From Eledone cirrhosa (Eukaryota), in NCBI GenBank assembly GCA_964016885.1, contig OZ024747.1, positions 66,650,001 to 66,714,000 on the forward strand: 64,000 bases of DNA. The letters run 5' to 3'. Both the position numbers and the translations under genes were made by a program. Shown in pieces: positions 27,004 through 41,689 of the stretch. Below the pieces are notes generated by a model. It saw only the letters and a program-made list of their open reading frames with translations. It did not search any database and was not told the DNA's origin. Position 1 is the first letter of the stretch, and each line of letters opens with the position of its first letter.

Positions 27004-30000
27004 ATTATTATTGTTGTTGTTTATTGATTTATTGTTGTTATCGTTAATATCAGTATCACAATACAGAAATGCGCAGATGAAATAGCTTGCAGTAGTTATC
27101 ATATTTTGATACATAAAATTAACGTTTTTAATTCCAATCCCACCGAGGTCGACTTTTCCTTTTATAATTCCCATATCGATGAAATAGGAACCAATCAAGT
27201 ACTGTTAGGGGAAAGGGGTGATGTTATCGATTACGACTCATTCCCCAAACATTAACAGCTTCAGCGGAATTTTGGACAGAATACACTTCAGTGTTATGTT
27301 ACATAGCTTTAAGTTATATCTTAAAGATGTGCTGTTATACTGCAGAAGCACATAAAGCATGACATATGATGGATGTTCCATCACTTCCGACGATAAACAT
27401 AGGGTTGTTCCATCAACTGAACGTCTAGCTTGTGAATACATTAAAGTGTATGTGATTTATTATTCCATAAACATAAGCAGGGATGCCGAATCAACATGAC
27501 AGACACAATATGTGATAAAAGTGGACACTCAATTTACAGTTGGATTCATCCGACGGTTTTCTATATAGTTTCCCTGGACCTAGTTTCACTTGCAAAGGTT
27601 GGATCAGCCCGAGGATATAGTAATGACACGTACTCAAGATGCGGTGCATTTTCTAGCAGATTTGAACGATCATGTAGAGGTCTTTGTGGGCGAATAAAAG
27701 TATGTTCATCATGTTAGTGATTCTGTGACACACAATGCTCGGGCTTTGCATTTATTCCTATAGATTCAGGACAGAGTGATTTAGTTACAGTTTCAAGTAA
27801 TGTTGAATGAACACATGGGGACATTTTTCCCTAAAGAGCTTAAAATGCCAGTTCACATTTAAGAAAAGCTGCGTTCGCATTGATTAAAGAATAATGTAAA
27901 ATATATGATACAAAACAGCATAGAATAAATATTACATAAACAACATAAAACAACATATTAAATACAAATCATAGAAATAATACATATTTGAAAAAGCAAT
28001 ATAAAAATTCTAAATTTCATTCTTCTCCTTTTTTAATATAAATTTATACAAAAAGAAAAAATATATTTCAGTCACATTTGTTTTAATATTCCCTTGCTCA
28101 TTAAATTATGTGGAATTGCAGATAAAACTAAAAATAAAACTTTCAAGAAAGAAAGAAACAAACAAGTAAACATTAAAAAATGTTTTCAATTTGTAAATTA
28201 ATTTTCAACGAAAAACCAAACCTAAACATAATGAAAATGTTTCACTAAAAACATTAAAGGATAATTTTCCCCATCCAAAATTCATCCATTCTTTGTCAAA
28301 ATTCCAATATTTCATTTTATAAAGAGGACTGTTATTGTTGTTGTTTAGTTTCAGGTCAATTCTGATCCAACAGAATTATGCTCAAAGACATTCCAGCCTT
28401 GACTATCTTGTATATTTTTGTTTCCAAAAGTAGATTGCCTAACTAATTGGAGGTTTGACTGAATCTTTCCTTTTTAAAATGGTGGGTGGCAGAAACAGTA
28501 CAACATTAGATTAAACCCCTTTTGTTAAGTATATATAACCTACCTGTTAGGTTTTAAGTTGAAAGCTCACTGAGAGTTGACAGTAGAGAAACATTAGAGC
28601 ATCGAACGAAATGCTTTACTGTGTTTATTCCGGTTCCTTACGTTCTGAGTTAAAATTTCAGGTTCACCTTTCATTCTTCAGGGATTGATAAAATAAAGTA
28701 TAAATTAAATACTGTGATCGATTAAATTGACTTTCCCATCCTCCGAAAATTTCTGGCTTTCTGCCTACATTATTAACAATTATTGTGTAGAGGTTATAAA
28801 GCCAATACCAGTAATATATTAAAGAAAGTATGAAACTGTATATTTTCTTAAAATAACTGGGTCTGCCTTTGTGAATTCTTTTCTTTAGAACATCGACAGC
28901 CTAATTGATACGAAGATTCAGGCCATAATTGGAACATCACCATCAACATTAAATTCGTAACACCCTAAAGATCTTTCAAAACCAACATTAGCTTTCTTGA
29001 AAATAAAATAAAGACATCAGTTTCCCAGCAACCATATTTCGGTGCGGAGGTCAGAGGCTTCGAATAATGTTATCTGAGGGTAACTAGTGAAATATTCGAC
29101 TGTTGTATTGTATTATCGTAGGTAAAATTAGAAGATTTAACCTGTCCCTCAGTTTAATACTTGGCTCTTACATTTTTTTAGCAGAGTCCACCATGTTGCA
29201 ATAATTAAGTCCAAGTTTCCGGTTTGAGGACCTCTTTTTCCTCCCTTCCATTCAGTTTCAGAGATTATGTACTGCTCTTCCTCCTAAATAGTAAAATGAA
29301 TCTACAGAATTGCCCACTCCTAGTTTAATTCCTAGTTTATTTAAGATACTTTATAGATATTTATATAAATGTATATTATTTAGTTACTTTCTGTTTCCAG
29401 ATATGGCCTAACCACAATATTTATAGCCAGTATGGATTTGGGAGAATACCACATGGAAATACATTTATTACAGAAATAACAAAATGGAAAAATAGAATTA
29501 TTCCCATAGAGATTAACAGAACTGATGGAAGAATAAAAATGTACTATTGGTGCTAAATGTACTATCTGCAAGAATAAAAATGTACTATTGGTGCAGGAAG
29601 TAGTTTCAGAAGAAATATTCTATCTGAATTGAGTTTCATTTCGGGAACTCAATGTTATTGGTAGACGACAAGGAATTGATGTGCGAGATAGGGTTTTATT
29701 ACTCAATGATTATGCAATCTTAAATCATGTATAAACCGACAGTTAGTCATAAAACCACTGCATATCTCTGTTTTTAATGAGATTCAACGGAGAGCTGACG
29801 TTAAATACACAATTCCCTCCCATCTGCAATGTCTTTATTTTCCAAAATTTTCAGATAGTTAATTTATTTCAGTTTTATCTCTTTGTTGGTTTCAGATTTT
29901 AAGCTCACCGAGAGGTAGTTATTGCACTTTGACTGCTTGAATGATCCCAGCTAATCGAAAATATTCGATTCACTATATTACGTATGTTATGACTTACCAC

Positions 30001-30017
30001 AGTTCATTATATATGTG

Positions 30018-30200
30018 GATTGGCAGTATCGGTAGAGGGTCAGACTCCATGCTTTGCAGCAAAGAGTTACGGCCCTTTCCATTCTGAGTTCAAATCCCGC
30101 CGAGGTTAACTTTGCCTTTCATCCTTACGGGGTCGATAAAATAAAGTACCAGTAATGCACTGAGAAATTGCTGGCACTGTGCGAAAAGTAGAAACAATTA
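30018..30200 (+). mobile_element. Best-preserved SINE copy (A-box-like TGGCAGTATCGG, B-box GAGTTCAAATCC)
   Basis: Pol III boxes followed by GCCTTTCATCCTTACGGGGTCGATAAAATAAAGTACCAG, resembling conserved-core metazoan SINEs. Confidence 0.75.
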
Positions 30201-31993
30201 TATATGTCAGACCCTACTGTGCTATATTACATGTGCTAGGCATAACCACAATATATCGCATATGTCAGGCACTACCACACTATATTGCATATGTGATACC
30301 CTACAATTTGTGTTTTTAATATACATTTCGTCTGCCGTACGTTATTTCACGATCATATTGTAAACAAAGAATGAAATGGCTGTGGTAATAGAGGCTAACA
30401 TCACAGGATAATGAATAGTTATAGTGAAATTTGGCAGAGATCAGTGGTAAAAAGAATAACTTCAAGAAAATAATATGTGTAGGAAAAGTCTCTACCATGA
30501 ACTGATTTCACAAACTAGAAATATATCTAGCTATACGTTGATCTATTACATGTTTATCAGCAAACAAGACGGAACAGATTATTCTGCTTATAATTGAAAT
30601 ATCAATCGCTCACTCACTGTTTCCATAACGTCTGATTGAGTCTAAGTGACGTCGTCAGATGCACCATGTCTTAGGTATTGTGAAACCTGGTGGTGTACAT
30701 CCGTCTCTAAGTTTTACTACAGTTAGTTTCTTCCAGTGCAAGTGAGACGAGGTAAAGAATGAAAGATAGAGGACGTATCTACCCTAATGCTGGACTGGTA
30801 CTATATTTATCGACCCTGAAAAGATGAAAGGTTATATTGGCCTCAGTAGGATTTTAACTGGAAGCGCAGAGACTAGGGGAGAACTGAAATGAATCTCGCA
30901 AAACATTCTGTCCGCCTCCCTCACGATTTTGTCGATCCACCTCCTTACATATGCAAATAGAAGGGGTAAGGCAGCATATTGGCAAAGTCAATAAAACGTT
31001 GGATAATTAATTGCGGTATTCTTTCCGGCTCTTTAGGCACTGGGTCCAAATCTTGTCTTTTATCTTTCGAAGCCCGTAAACACTATAAAGTACATGTATA
31101 TTACTACAGTCTATTCTTCTCCAGCTCAATCTCTCAAAGAAATCGGCTCTGCTACCGTCTAGAGAAGGGGAGACTTTACAAGATTTGGATGGCATGACTG
31201 CGCCACTACGACTCCAACAGGAGTTAAAGAGCCGTGTATACAATATGTTGAGCAGTTTAATAGAAAAACACCGACAAGTAACACCATAAGATTGTTTTGA
31301 TTGAATCTACCATTAAAAACATTCCTCAATAAGGAAGTCACTCCGGTATTTATTATTGTTTGGTTCATTGTTTCTTTATTACGTTTATTTTAATATATCA
31401 TCAGATTGCTTGACAAAACAGTTAAGAATTAAACAAGAAAACTAACAAAGACAGAAATATTTTAGCCAATACAAGTGCAAGCTTAACTTCCATTTAATGT
31501 GATGTTATTGTTTGTTTCTACGTTGGTTTATTTCTCTCTTTATTGCATCGGTTTAAGGGAAATATGATTCAAATGTTTCATTTAATATGCAGCACTCACT
31601 AAGTCTTTGAAAGAAACTGGAATCATATGTAGAAAATGGCAATTATTTTCTTGTTCTCATGTTAAGACAGCAATTTAGAAATGAACTGGTATATGTCTCT
31701 TCTCGTCTCTTCTTGTTAATCTCTTTCCATCTTTCTATATCTCACACCTCTTTTTCTTTGTCATATATATCTCTCACTATCTTTTCATACTCTTTTCTCT
31801 CTCATGCTCTCTCTCTCTCTCTCTCTCTCTCCCTATCTCCCGCTCTCTCTCTCTAACTATCTATATTTCTATCTCTCTATCTCTATCTCCCTCTCTATCT
31901 CTCTCTTTCAATTCCTATTTTTTCTCTATTATACCACTTCTCATTACTTTACTACACATTACTCTCTTGTCTCTTTTTCTTTTATTAACCTTT

Positions 31994-32075
<82 letters not shown>

Positions 32076-33600
32076 CTCTCTCCCTTTAGATCTCTTACTT
32101 CTCCTCACTAAGTCTCAATCGGTGAATCTTTCTCTCAGTCACTCTCTTTCCCTCTCACTCCCCTATCCACTCCATTACCTCGCTTACCTCCCCTTCTCAC
32201 CACAGCCATTGCCCCTACTTACCATATTCTCACCCCGACTTACCGTAGTCTCTCACCCAGCTATTTGCTCTGTAAAACAATGGCGGCCTTCCATATTTAT
32301 AAGCACAAAATTTAACACTAAACTAACTGTTGAAGATAAAATAACAACAATAACAATCATTAAACAAAAAAATTAAAAACACCCGCACAAAAAATGAAAC
32401 CAAGACAAAAACAAATAAAACACCAAAAAATTAATCGATAAAAGCTATTCAAAATTTATGAAATTCATCCATTTTGAATTTCTAATAATTTCATATTTTC
32501 GTGATTGTTTTCAGAAATTTACGTCATTTTAACCCTTTCCAGTTTAAAGAGTTCTCTCTTCTCCGCTTTTATTTTTCAACTTTTCTCTCTTACATTCTCA
32601 TTTGGCCTTTCTAACTTCGTTCTCTCTTTCTTCTTACTTCACACATGTCTCCCTCTCTCTCTCTCAAACACGTCTCTCTCATTCTTTTACTCTATCTTTC
32701 TAATCTTTCATTCGCTTTCCACCATTCCCCACTCTTATTTCTCTCTCTCGCTCTCTCTCTCTCTCTATCTCTATCTCACTCCCTCCCTCTCTCTCTCTCT
32801 CTCCCTCCCTCTCTCTCTCTCTCTTTAATCCCCTTTTCACTTGATGCTTTCTTTGTTTTTATGGATGATGATGATATTGATGATCGATCTTCCGTTGATA
32901 TCGTCAGTGGGTCCGTCAACGGAAAATATGACTTATATTGGGTTGAGTATTCCATAGACCTGTCTACCCATAACCTAATTCGTTGGATGATTCAGCATTC
33001 AAGGTTAGTGAGAAGACTGGTCTTTTGAATTACAGTTAAACTCCATCTTGTATTATAGTCAATGTGGCTGATTGCAATAACATAGAAAACCAGAAAAATC
33101 CTCAGAACCACATGAGAAGTCACACAATACGCAAATCTACATTTAAAACAATATAACACACACAACAATCACAACAATTAAAACCATACATTACGCAAAA
33201 CCACAAAATCTAAAGCCATACTATCAATACCCACAACCACCACTTCATATATCTAAAGAAACACGCAAAACCCAGAGCAACAATGATGAAAACCATATAA
33301 TAACTTCAACTACAACATATAAAACTGAAGAAACCCCAGAACATTAGGTAAAGCGTGATGCCTTCATAAACATATTATTTAATAATTAGTAGAAATAATT
33401 TTCGTTCTGTATCAACCTTCTCCTCTCCCTCTATTTTTCACTCACATTCGCAATCTCTCTGTGTGTGTGTATATATACGTGTGTCTCTGCGTAACTATAT
33501 ACACACACATATAGACAAACATTAACATATACATGTGTATATATGTTGTCTTTTAATGTATTCCGACAAAGGTAATTTCTTTAGTTTAACTACGATAGAT

Positions 33601-33647
<47 letters not shown>

Positions 33648-33974
33648 AGGAGGGTGAGTATATATGTAAACATGTATATCTATATGACTGTTTGATTAAA
33701 TTATAATTGCTATGCTGTACATGGATATCACTGCACAGGAATTTGTGTTATTATATCTTAATTAATTACACAGTTTTGTCTAATTCTCCTAAAATTATTT
33801 CACTGAATCCATAACATGTTTTAGGATTCATTGTAATCATATTCTATTATCCTTCTTAAATCTGACATGCCACCGAAGACTGTGTTTTCAAATTCTTTTG
33901 TGCAACTTTGACAAGAGCACCTGTTCGTTTTTCTGTATTTTCTATGTGTGTGTATCTATGTGTGTGTGCGTGTA

Positions 33975-34350
<376 letters not shown>

Positions 34351-34352
34351 GC

Positions 34353-34413
<61 letters not shown>

Positions 34414-34417
<4 letters not shown>

Positions 34418-35115
34418 GCAAACCTAATTGTAACTCGTTGGCTTGGCCACCGCCATAACTTCGATTTTACTAACCTTCCACTTGTATTACTATCTCCTAG
34501 ATCTAATAATTAATTAATTAATTTAATTAGACAATTCTATTGATTGATTAATTATTTGTGTTTGTTTAATAACTCTAGTTGAGAGCTTCTTACTCGGTTT
34601 GTTGAACGGAATCAATTCCTTTGTTCACACTTTGAATTTGCCCTCCAAAAACCCAGGGGTTATTTCCCTTGTTGAGCAAAAAGCACGTGGCAGCGAAACA
34701 GTGACTGTTAATACAAGCGGCCCACTATAACACTTCACACCGGATTGAGGCACAGAACGGAAACCTGTTGATAACGTGAGTCCGCGATTGGTCTTCAAAT
34801 ACTACAAACTTGCATATTGTGCAAGTAGGATTGTTGATTTTGGTTTCAGAGAAACCTATCGGAGGTATTGCATAATACCCCTTGATACGGTCCAGGTTTT
34901 TTATCTAACCTGACTGTATTTTCGTTGTTTTAGTGAATTATGTGGCTATGTCCCCTGGCCGCAGTTTTCAATTTGTCACGCTATCTAACGTATGTTAATT
35001 ACTCTAAGGTGTAGCCTATCGATTCATCGATACTTTCTTATTGAGTGCTTTTGTGCAAATTGTATCTCGCTGGCTTGGCCACCGCCATAACTTCGATTTT
35101 ACTAACTTTCCACTA

Positions 35116-35117
<2 letters not shown>
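34414..35117. repeat. About 700-bp unit bounded by about 70-bp direct repeats, set between (TA)n tracts
   Basis: TGGCTTGGCCACCGCCATAACTTCGATTTTACTAAC at about 34438 and 35071. Confidence 0.75.
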
Positions 35118-35193
<76 letters not shown>

Positions 35194-35951
35194 CACAGTA
35201 ATAATAAATACTAATACCAAAATACAAAGTGGACTCGATAATGATTGCATATATATATATAGGTGAATATAAACCCGTAGAGCTGAGATTTATTGTTAGT
35301 ACAGATTAAAAATTTTAGGCAATGAATTTCGTTTCAGATGACCGTGCTTAGGGTGAAAGCACAAATTGATTGCTTAAATATTCTTCCCAAAATACCAAAA
35401 CACACATCTATTTGCATTTGCGCTACAATTTATGTACATGTTATGTAGAGGTAGATGGGAGAGATAGGATACAGATTTATAGAGGAGGGAGTTTCGTGGT
35501 AATTGATATATAGAGGAAGGTTGGGGGAGTCTGTTGTATATTAGATATCAAGAGTTTGGAGAGATTGATATTTATTGATATAGAGGAGAGATTGGAAAAC
35601 GGTTCCATGTAGTAGATATAGAGAGGGGGAGAGTTTGGTGTCAATTGATATAGAGAGGGGGATTGGAAAAGAGTTCCGTGTAGTAGATATAGAGAGGCGT
35701 GAGTTTGGTGGTAATGAACAGAATAAGAGGATTGATAAATATAGATATTGATAGCTAAAGATAGGGGAACAGCTTTGTTGTGATGGTTAGAATGAGAGGA
35801 AATGAGAGAGAGTGTTGTATAGTAGATATAGAGAAGGGGAGAGTTTGGTGCTCATTGATATAGAGAGGGTGATTGGAAGAGAGTATATTGCTATTAGTGC
35901 AGAACAACGTTGTCGTTTACATATTCCAACAAACCATTTAATGGTTGGCAT

Positions 35952-36020
<69 letters not shown>

Positions 36021-36289
36021 GGGGGGGGGGGTATGTGTATATATGTTATTGTTCATGTTATTTTCCTTGTTATTATCAGTATAAATGCGTTGTACCAACG
36101 AAACCGAACTAGTATTTTGAGAATTTGGCTGGTGGAAACTGTACTTAAAATCGATTGTCATGGTAACGCTGCGGATAGCGACTTTTAGAGACGCCGGACC
36201 AATGAAACGTTTGTCGATACTTGGAAGCTGATCCGTGTTATTCTACACTCCTTTATATATACATATATGTATATATATTATATATATAT

Positions 36290-37092
36290 TACTAGCAGCA
36301 GGGCCCGGTTGCACCCGGGGCCACTTTTTATTAAGTTAATAATTTGAAAAATATTATTGAAAGTTTATTATAAAGAAGCAGTTTCAGGAAAAAAATAGAA
36401 ATATGCACTTGGGGCTGGACGACGTACAATGAGAAGTGGAGCGACGTGAAAAGCGTTGTTTATTAACAGCGAAATAGCAATGTCGATTATATGCAATTTG
36501 AAAAATACTACTTACTGTTAGTGGTGGTTAACATGTATTAGAATTAAAATAAAAACACGCATCCCTTCTTCGCAATTTAAGGGTTTTATTTCTTTTGATG
36601 GAAAACAGTGACCGTACTGCAGAATCGATTTCATAAAACGGTACTGTATGATCGTTAAATGTAGAAGGATGATAGTTTATTCACAGAGAAATAGCAATGT
36701 CGATGATATGCAAGTTTAAAAATGCATATTATGAAGGTTTGTATGATAGTTTACCCGTTTTCCTGAACCTGCTTCTTTATAATAAACTTTCAATAATATT
36801 TTTCAAATTATTGGTACTGTATGTTAACAGCGACAGAACGTTGATGAGTTTAAAAATTTGTATGAAATTGTAAATAAGACAAAAGTATTAGAGCAGGGGG
36901 AAATAACTCACCGAACGCGATAGTTTTGGGACCACATTTTTCAAGTTAGAGAATTGAAACCTCGTCTATTTGCTTCCTTGGCACTTTTTACATAAGTGTG
37001 TAAATGTTCATGTCAGTCCGACCACGTCTACTACCATTTAACCGTGCACATCTGAATTTCAACCACCGCCCATTTCACAAATATATATAAGA
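36290..37092 (+). mobile_element. Helitron/Helentron-like non-autonomous element inserted in a TA repeat
   Basis: Starts ACTAG followed by a CCCGG..CCGGG hairpin and ends TATATAAGAT; internal inverted repeat at 36338-36392 / 36758-36812. Confidence 0.5.
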
Positions 37093-37175
37093 TATATATA
37101 TATTGCTGTCAACCATTGAGTGGCGTGTTGCAATTTGTAAGCGCGACAACGTAATTCACTAATTGCAATATAAAG

Positions 37176-37257
<82 letters not shown>

Positions 37258-38079
37258 TTATGTATGTATATTTGTGTGCGTGTGCGAGTGTGTTTCTATT
37301 TGTTTATCTCTTTATCTGCAAACATCTGTGTGAGAATGCTTGGCTATGTTATCATTAAAATGTAATTTTCAGTCATAATTCGTACTTTGCTCAAGCGGGA
37401 AGCATATAACGCTAATAACTCCTGTTTTATGCTTTTATGGTTTTCAAACTTTTATGTGTGTTTCCAGCTATCTATATGTTTATCTATTTATCTATCACAT
37501 TACCCATTATTTATGACCATATCTAATCGATATATTACTTTGATGAGAATGACTTTTCAATATTTATGCAGCAATAATTTCCAACATATATTTTTACTGA
37601 ACTTCACCATCCCACCTTCGATCTATAAGATTTGTTTGTTCTCTATTCTGATATCTGTACACTAAACAAACTATTGCAAGTTTCATTTATTGATGTGGGG
37701 CCGAACGCTGCTGTTGCTAGTCAGAATGTGTCGGGAGTGTGGATTTTATGATTATACTTTATGTATTTAATATATACATATATATATACACATATATATG
37801 CGCGCATGCGCGCGTGTTTGTATGTGTGTGTGTGTGCGTGCGTATGTATATATGTTATATATATATGAAAAGGTTCAGGACCCCGACGGCTGAGCTCCAG
37901 TCGTTGCAACAGCTAGATCCAAACAAATTTAGCTGTTGAAATGAACGGAGCTCAGCCATTGTAGTCCTGAATTTTTTCATATTACCCACTCTAATACTCC
38001 AAGTATCGAGTACTATGGTGAGTTATGGTCTAACTGGTTTTTAACGCCTCCTATCTGATATATATATATATATATATAA

Positions 38080-38510
38080 GTGTTGGTAAAATCCAGTACT
38101 TCAGTATGCAGATAGGGAGCACTCAACGAAGATATAAGTTCCGGAGTTATAATAGTGATGAAACATAAGTCAATTGCATGAACTCATAATCCTTTATTTA
38201 CTGCTATATATATTTCGATGATAACCATTGAATGGCCATGACCTCATCAGGCAGTTAGTCAGTTCTTAGATATGCCAGCTCTGTGTTTATAGTGTTGATG
38301 GTATCAGAGCCTTGGGACATATGAGCTTGTTGGGATAATTTAATGTTGTCAGCAGGAATAATCTTAATTCTCATTGGTCAGTTTGTAGATGCTAGTAGGG
38401 TTGGTATTTGACCTCAAAGAGGTAGGTGGTGTTGCAATGTTCAAACCGTCAGGCAAGATGACAATAGTTCCATATGACTGATTTTCACAAAAAGCATTCC
38501 TGGTCAGATA
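38080..38510 (-). mobile_element. Penelope-like pLTR or non-autonomous fragment carrying a hammerhead motif
   Basis: Shares TCAGTATGCAG..GGAGCACTC(A/G)ACGAAG..TCCGGAGT and the ribozyme with 41061-41250; right boundary approximate. Confidence 0.6.
38200..38255 (-). ncRNA. Minimal type I hammerhead ribozyme
   Basis: ACUGC-CUGAUGA-[GGUC AUGGCCAU UCA AUGGUUAU CAUC]-GAAA-UAUAUA-UA-GCAGU. Confidence 0.85.
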
Positions 38511-38987
38511 TATATTCAATTGATGTTTATAGTATGAAATTCGATACTACAGATTATTCTTAAATTGAGGAATTTATGTGGGGTGGTACTACTGAAAATT
38601 ATGGTTAGAGTCAAATACTTAGAAAGTTTACATATAAAAAGACCTATGTTGGTTGACTTGCACATACACTCACACCCACCCTCACAGACAGACACACACA
38701 TCCACACATACAAATTGAGGAATTTATGTGGGGTGGTAATACTGAAAATTATGGTTAGAGTCAAATACTTAGAAAGTTTACAAATAAATAATATATATAT
38801 GTGTGTGTGTGTGTGTGGAGGGGGGGGGGGTGAGTAATTTCCCGACCACGGCGCCTAGTGTTTTCGGCTTGTATGTTCAGCAAGCCTTTTCAGGGGTGGG
38901 ATTTCACATATCTCTAAACCCACTCTGCATCTCCCCAAACGTTGAGTACTCCCAGGATTAGTGGTTCTCCGCTCTGCGCACCGGAGA

Positions 38988-39036
<49 letters not shown>

Positions 39037-39750
39037 TCTCTCTTTCTCTCTCTCTCTCTTTTGCTTTCTCTCTCTCACTATCAATATACACACACACACA
39101 CACACATATATATATTTAGCATTTAACTTCATTATAAATATATGAAATGTGTCATATTCCACCACTTGGTGGACGGTGAGGTATCGTCCACATTCGTTAT
39201 AGTATTAAAGCAAGAAAAAGCAGGGTGCTCATAAGTTTTGGCTGGCCATGGTTCTACAAAAATCTCTGACTGGCCATGGCTTTGCCTGAGCAAGGTGGTT
39301 TGTAATGGTCATGTGTAGCCACTAGTTACACATGACCATAAGTTTCCACTCTGCACAATATTGTTCTCGAAAGGAAAGACAAATGGTGATACAGCCTGGC
39401 ATCAGTGTCATCGTATCTCATATTTTTTTCAGCTGAGTAGACTAAAGCTACGTAAAAATAAAAAGTCTTGCTCAAGATCACCATGTGCCCAGGAATCGAA
39501 CTGACCACCTTACGACAGTGATCTAGCGTCTTCATTAATATTTTGCATAGTGTACTATTAAATTTCACTATAGTATAGTTGTGGTTGTCGTGGTGGTGAT
39601 TGATATGATTTCTATTGGAGCTTACTAGTCCATTGAAAGTACTAGAATCAATACTTTTGGAACTCTGATTAACAACCTATTGTTATGAGCATTGCACATA
39701 AAATTTTATTGTAATGGAATATTGGTAGCGATGGATAGCGAGATGTATAC

Positions 39751-39847
<97 letters not shown>

Positions 39848-40019
39848 GTGTGTGGGTGTGTGTATAATATATAATATATATATATAAATATGTATATATG
39901 TGTGTGTATATATATTATATATATAAATATATATAAATATATACATATATATATTTAGATAATAGAAAGACCAGGTACCTCCGTAAAAACACTTATTAGC
40001 AAGACATACCCTTTTCAAC

Positions 40020-40355
40020 TGTAAAACTAGAAATGTAGTGTATAGCATAAGATGTACTGAAGGACAATGTAGAGACAAAAATATAGTGTACATAGGTGAG
40101 ACAGCCCGTAGTGTAGGGGAACGGATAAATGAACACTGGCGAGACCTTCAAGATAATAAAGAATCATCTGTACTCTACCAACATGCTAAAATAGAACACA
40201 AGGGTAAATTAGAGAACATAGAAATAAAAATAGAATCTACACACAGAAAAGACGCAATGTTTAGACAAATTACAGAGGCAATAAACATAAAAGAATTACA
40301 ACCAAAATTAAATAGAAAATATGAGTGGAACAGCAACATCACAACTTACAATTAA
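40020..40355 (+). pseudogene. Penelope-like element GIY-YIG endonuclease 3' fragment
   Basis: CKTRNVVYSIRC...C....VYIGETAR..GERINEH...H....H...RQITEA...LNRKYEW. Confidence 0.8.
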
Positions 40356-40557
40356 GGACAAAATGAAAACACACACACACATAGAACAAACAACCAACCA
40401 GTAACATGTAAATAAACAAATAAATAAATGAACATAAACACACACAGACGCCCGGATGTGGCGCATGCGCAGACTGAGCACACAACACACACACACAGAA
40501 ACAAAATGGCGTAGGACAGAACAAAGGAGAGGCACAGAAACAAAGAAAGGAATCCCC

Positions 40558-40602
40558 AGTCAGTGAAGAGGTCACAGAGTGTGTGACGAAAGAACTATGA
40601 CT
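40558..40602 (+). ncRNA. Degenerate minimal hammerhead motif downstream of the GIY-YIG fragment
   Basis: AGUCA-GUGAAGA-G-GUCACA..UGUGAC-GAAA-GAAC-UA-UGACU; core position C3 is G. Confidence 0.5.
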
Positions 40603-40758
40603 ATATATAAACAACTATCTGGTTGTGGAACCAACCAACCAACCAGAAATTTATAAATTTATAAATTTATAAATTTATAATAAATTTATTATAATAAATT
40701 GAAGTGAAAGCAACTGGTGCGTGTGTTTCTTATTGGCAACATGACCCTCCCAAAGTAT

Positions 40759-40806
<48 letters not shown>

Positions 40807-40878
40807 ATATATATATATTTATATATATATATTATATATATATATACACACACATATTTATATATATTTATATATATT

Positions 40879-40997
<119 letters not shown>

Positions 40998-41015
40998 ATT
41001 TGTGTATATATATAA

Positions 41016-41049
<34 letters not shown>

Positions 41050-41195
41050 TTTTGAGTTTATGTTGGTTGTATACCAACACCTCAGTATGCAGGCTGGAGC
41101 ACTCGACGAAGTGCGGAGGTTGGTTTGGTTACTCCGGAGTAGTGTAAAATAAAGTTAAATAAAAGTCAAATGATTAAAATTTAGCTTCGTTTATT

Positions 41196-41250
41196 ACTGC
41201 TATATATATTTCAGTGACAGCCATCTTTGGCTGTGACCTCTTCAGGCAGT
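41196..41250 (-). ncRNA. Minimal type I hammerhead ribozyme (left palindrome arm)
   Basis: Exact reverse complement of 41481-41535. Confidence 0.85.
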
Positions 41251-41480
41251 TTGAATTAGTATGGTATAGACAAGTACATATGTTGTTTAGGTGTATAATA
41301 TTGTCAATACTCTGATATGCCCAGTTCCTTGTTGGGTTGTTAATTCACTGAGGAACTGGAGTCATATGACTCCAGTTCCTCAGTGAATTAACAACCCAAC
41401 AAGGAACTGGGCATATCAGAGTATTGACAATATTATACACCTAAACAACATATGTACTTGTCTATACCATACTAATTCAA

Positions 41481-41535
41481 ACTGCCTGAAGAGGTCACAG
41501 CCAAAGATGGCTGTCACTGAAATATATATAGCAGT
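41481..41535 (+). ncRNA. Minimal type I hammerhead ribozyme (right palindrome arm)
   Basis: ACUGC-CUGAAGA-[GGUC ACAGCCA AAGA UGGCUGU CACU]-GAAA-UAUAUA-UA-GCAGU. Confidence 0.85.
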
Positions 41536-41689
41536 AATAAACGAAGCTAAATTTTAATCATTTGACTTTTATTTAACTTTATTTTATATATATATATTAT
41601 ATATATATAAATATATATATCTATAATATATTGTATATAAATATATATAAATATATATAAATATATATATAAATCTATATATATAAATA

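Larger units (their letters stand above)
41145..41586. repeat. Perfect spacerless 442-bp palindrome (221-bp arms)
   Basis: Centre GTCAT|ATGAC at 41365/41366; arms checked by eye as exact reverse complements. Confidence 0.93.

Noticed and set aside
28900-29370. Possible ancient RTE-like LINE relic on the minus strand
   Set aside because: Only faint peptide resemblance (VDSFYYLG); too degraded to support.
30615-30662. CUGACGA...GAAAC on the minus strand as another hammerhead
   Set aside because: Helix II does not abut GAAA and there is no helix I or III pairing.
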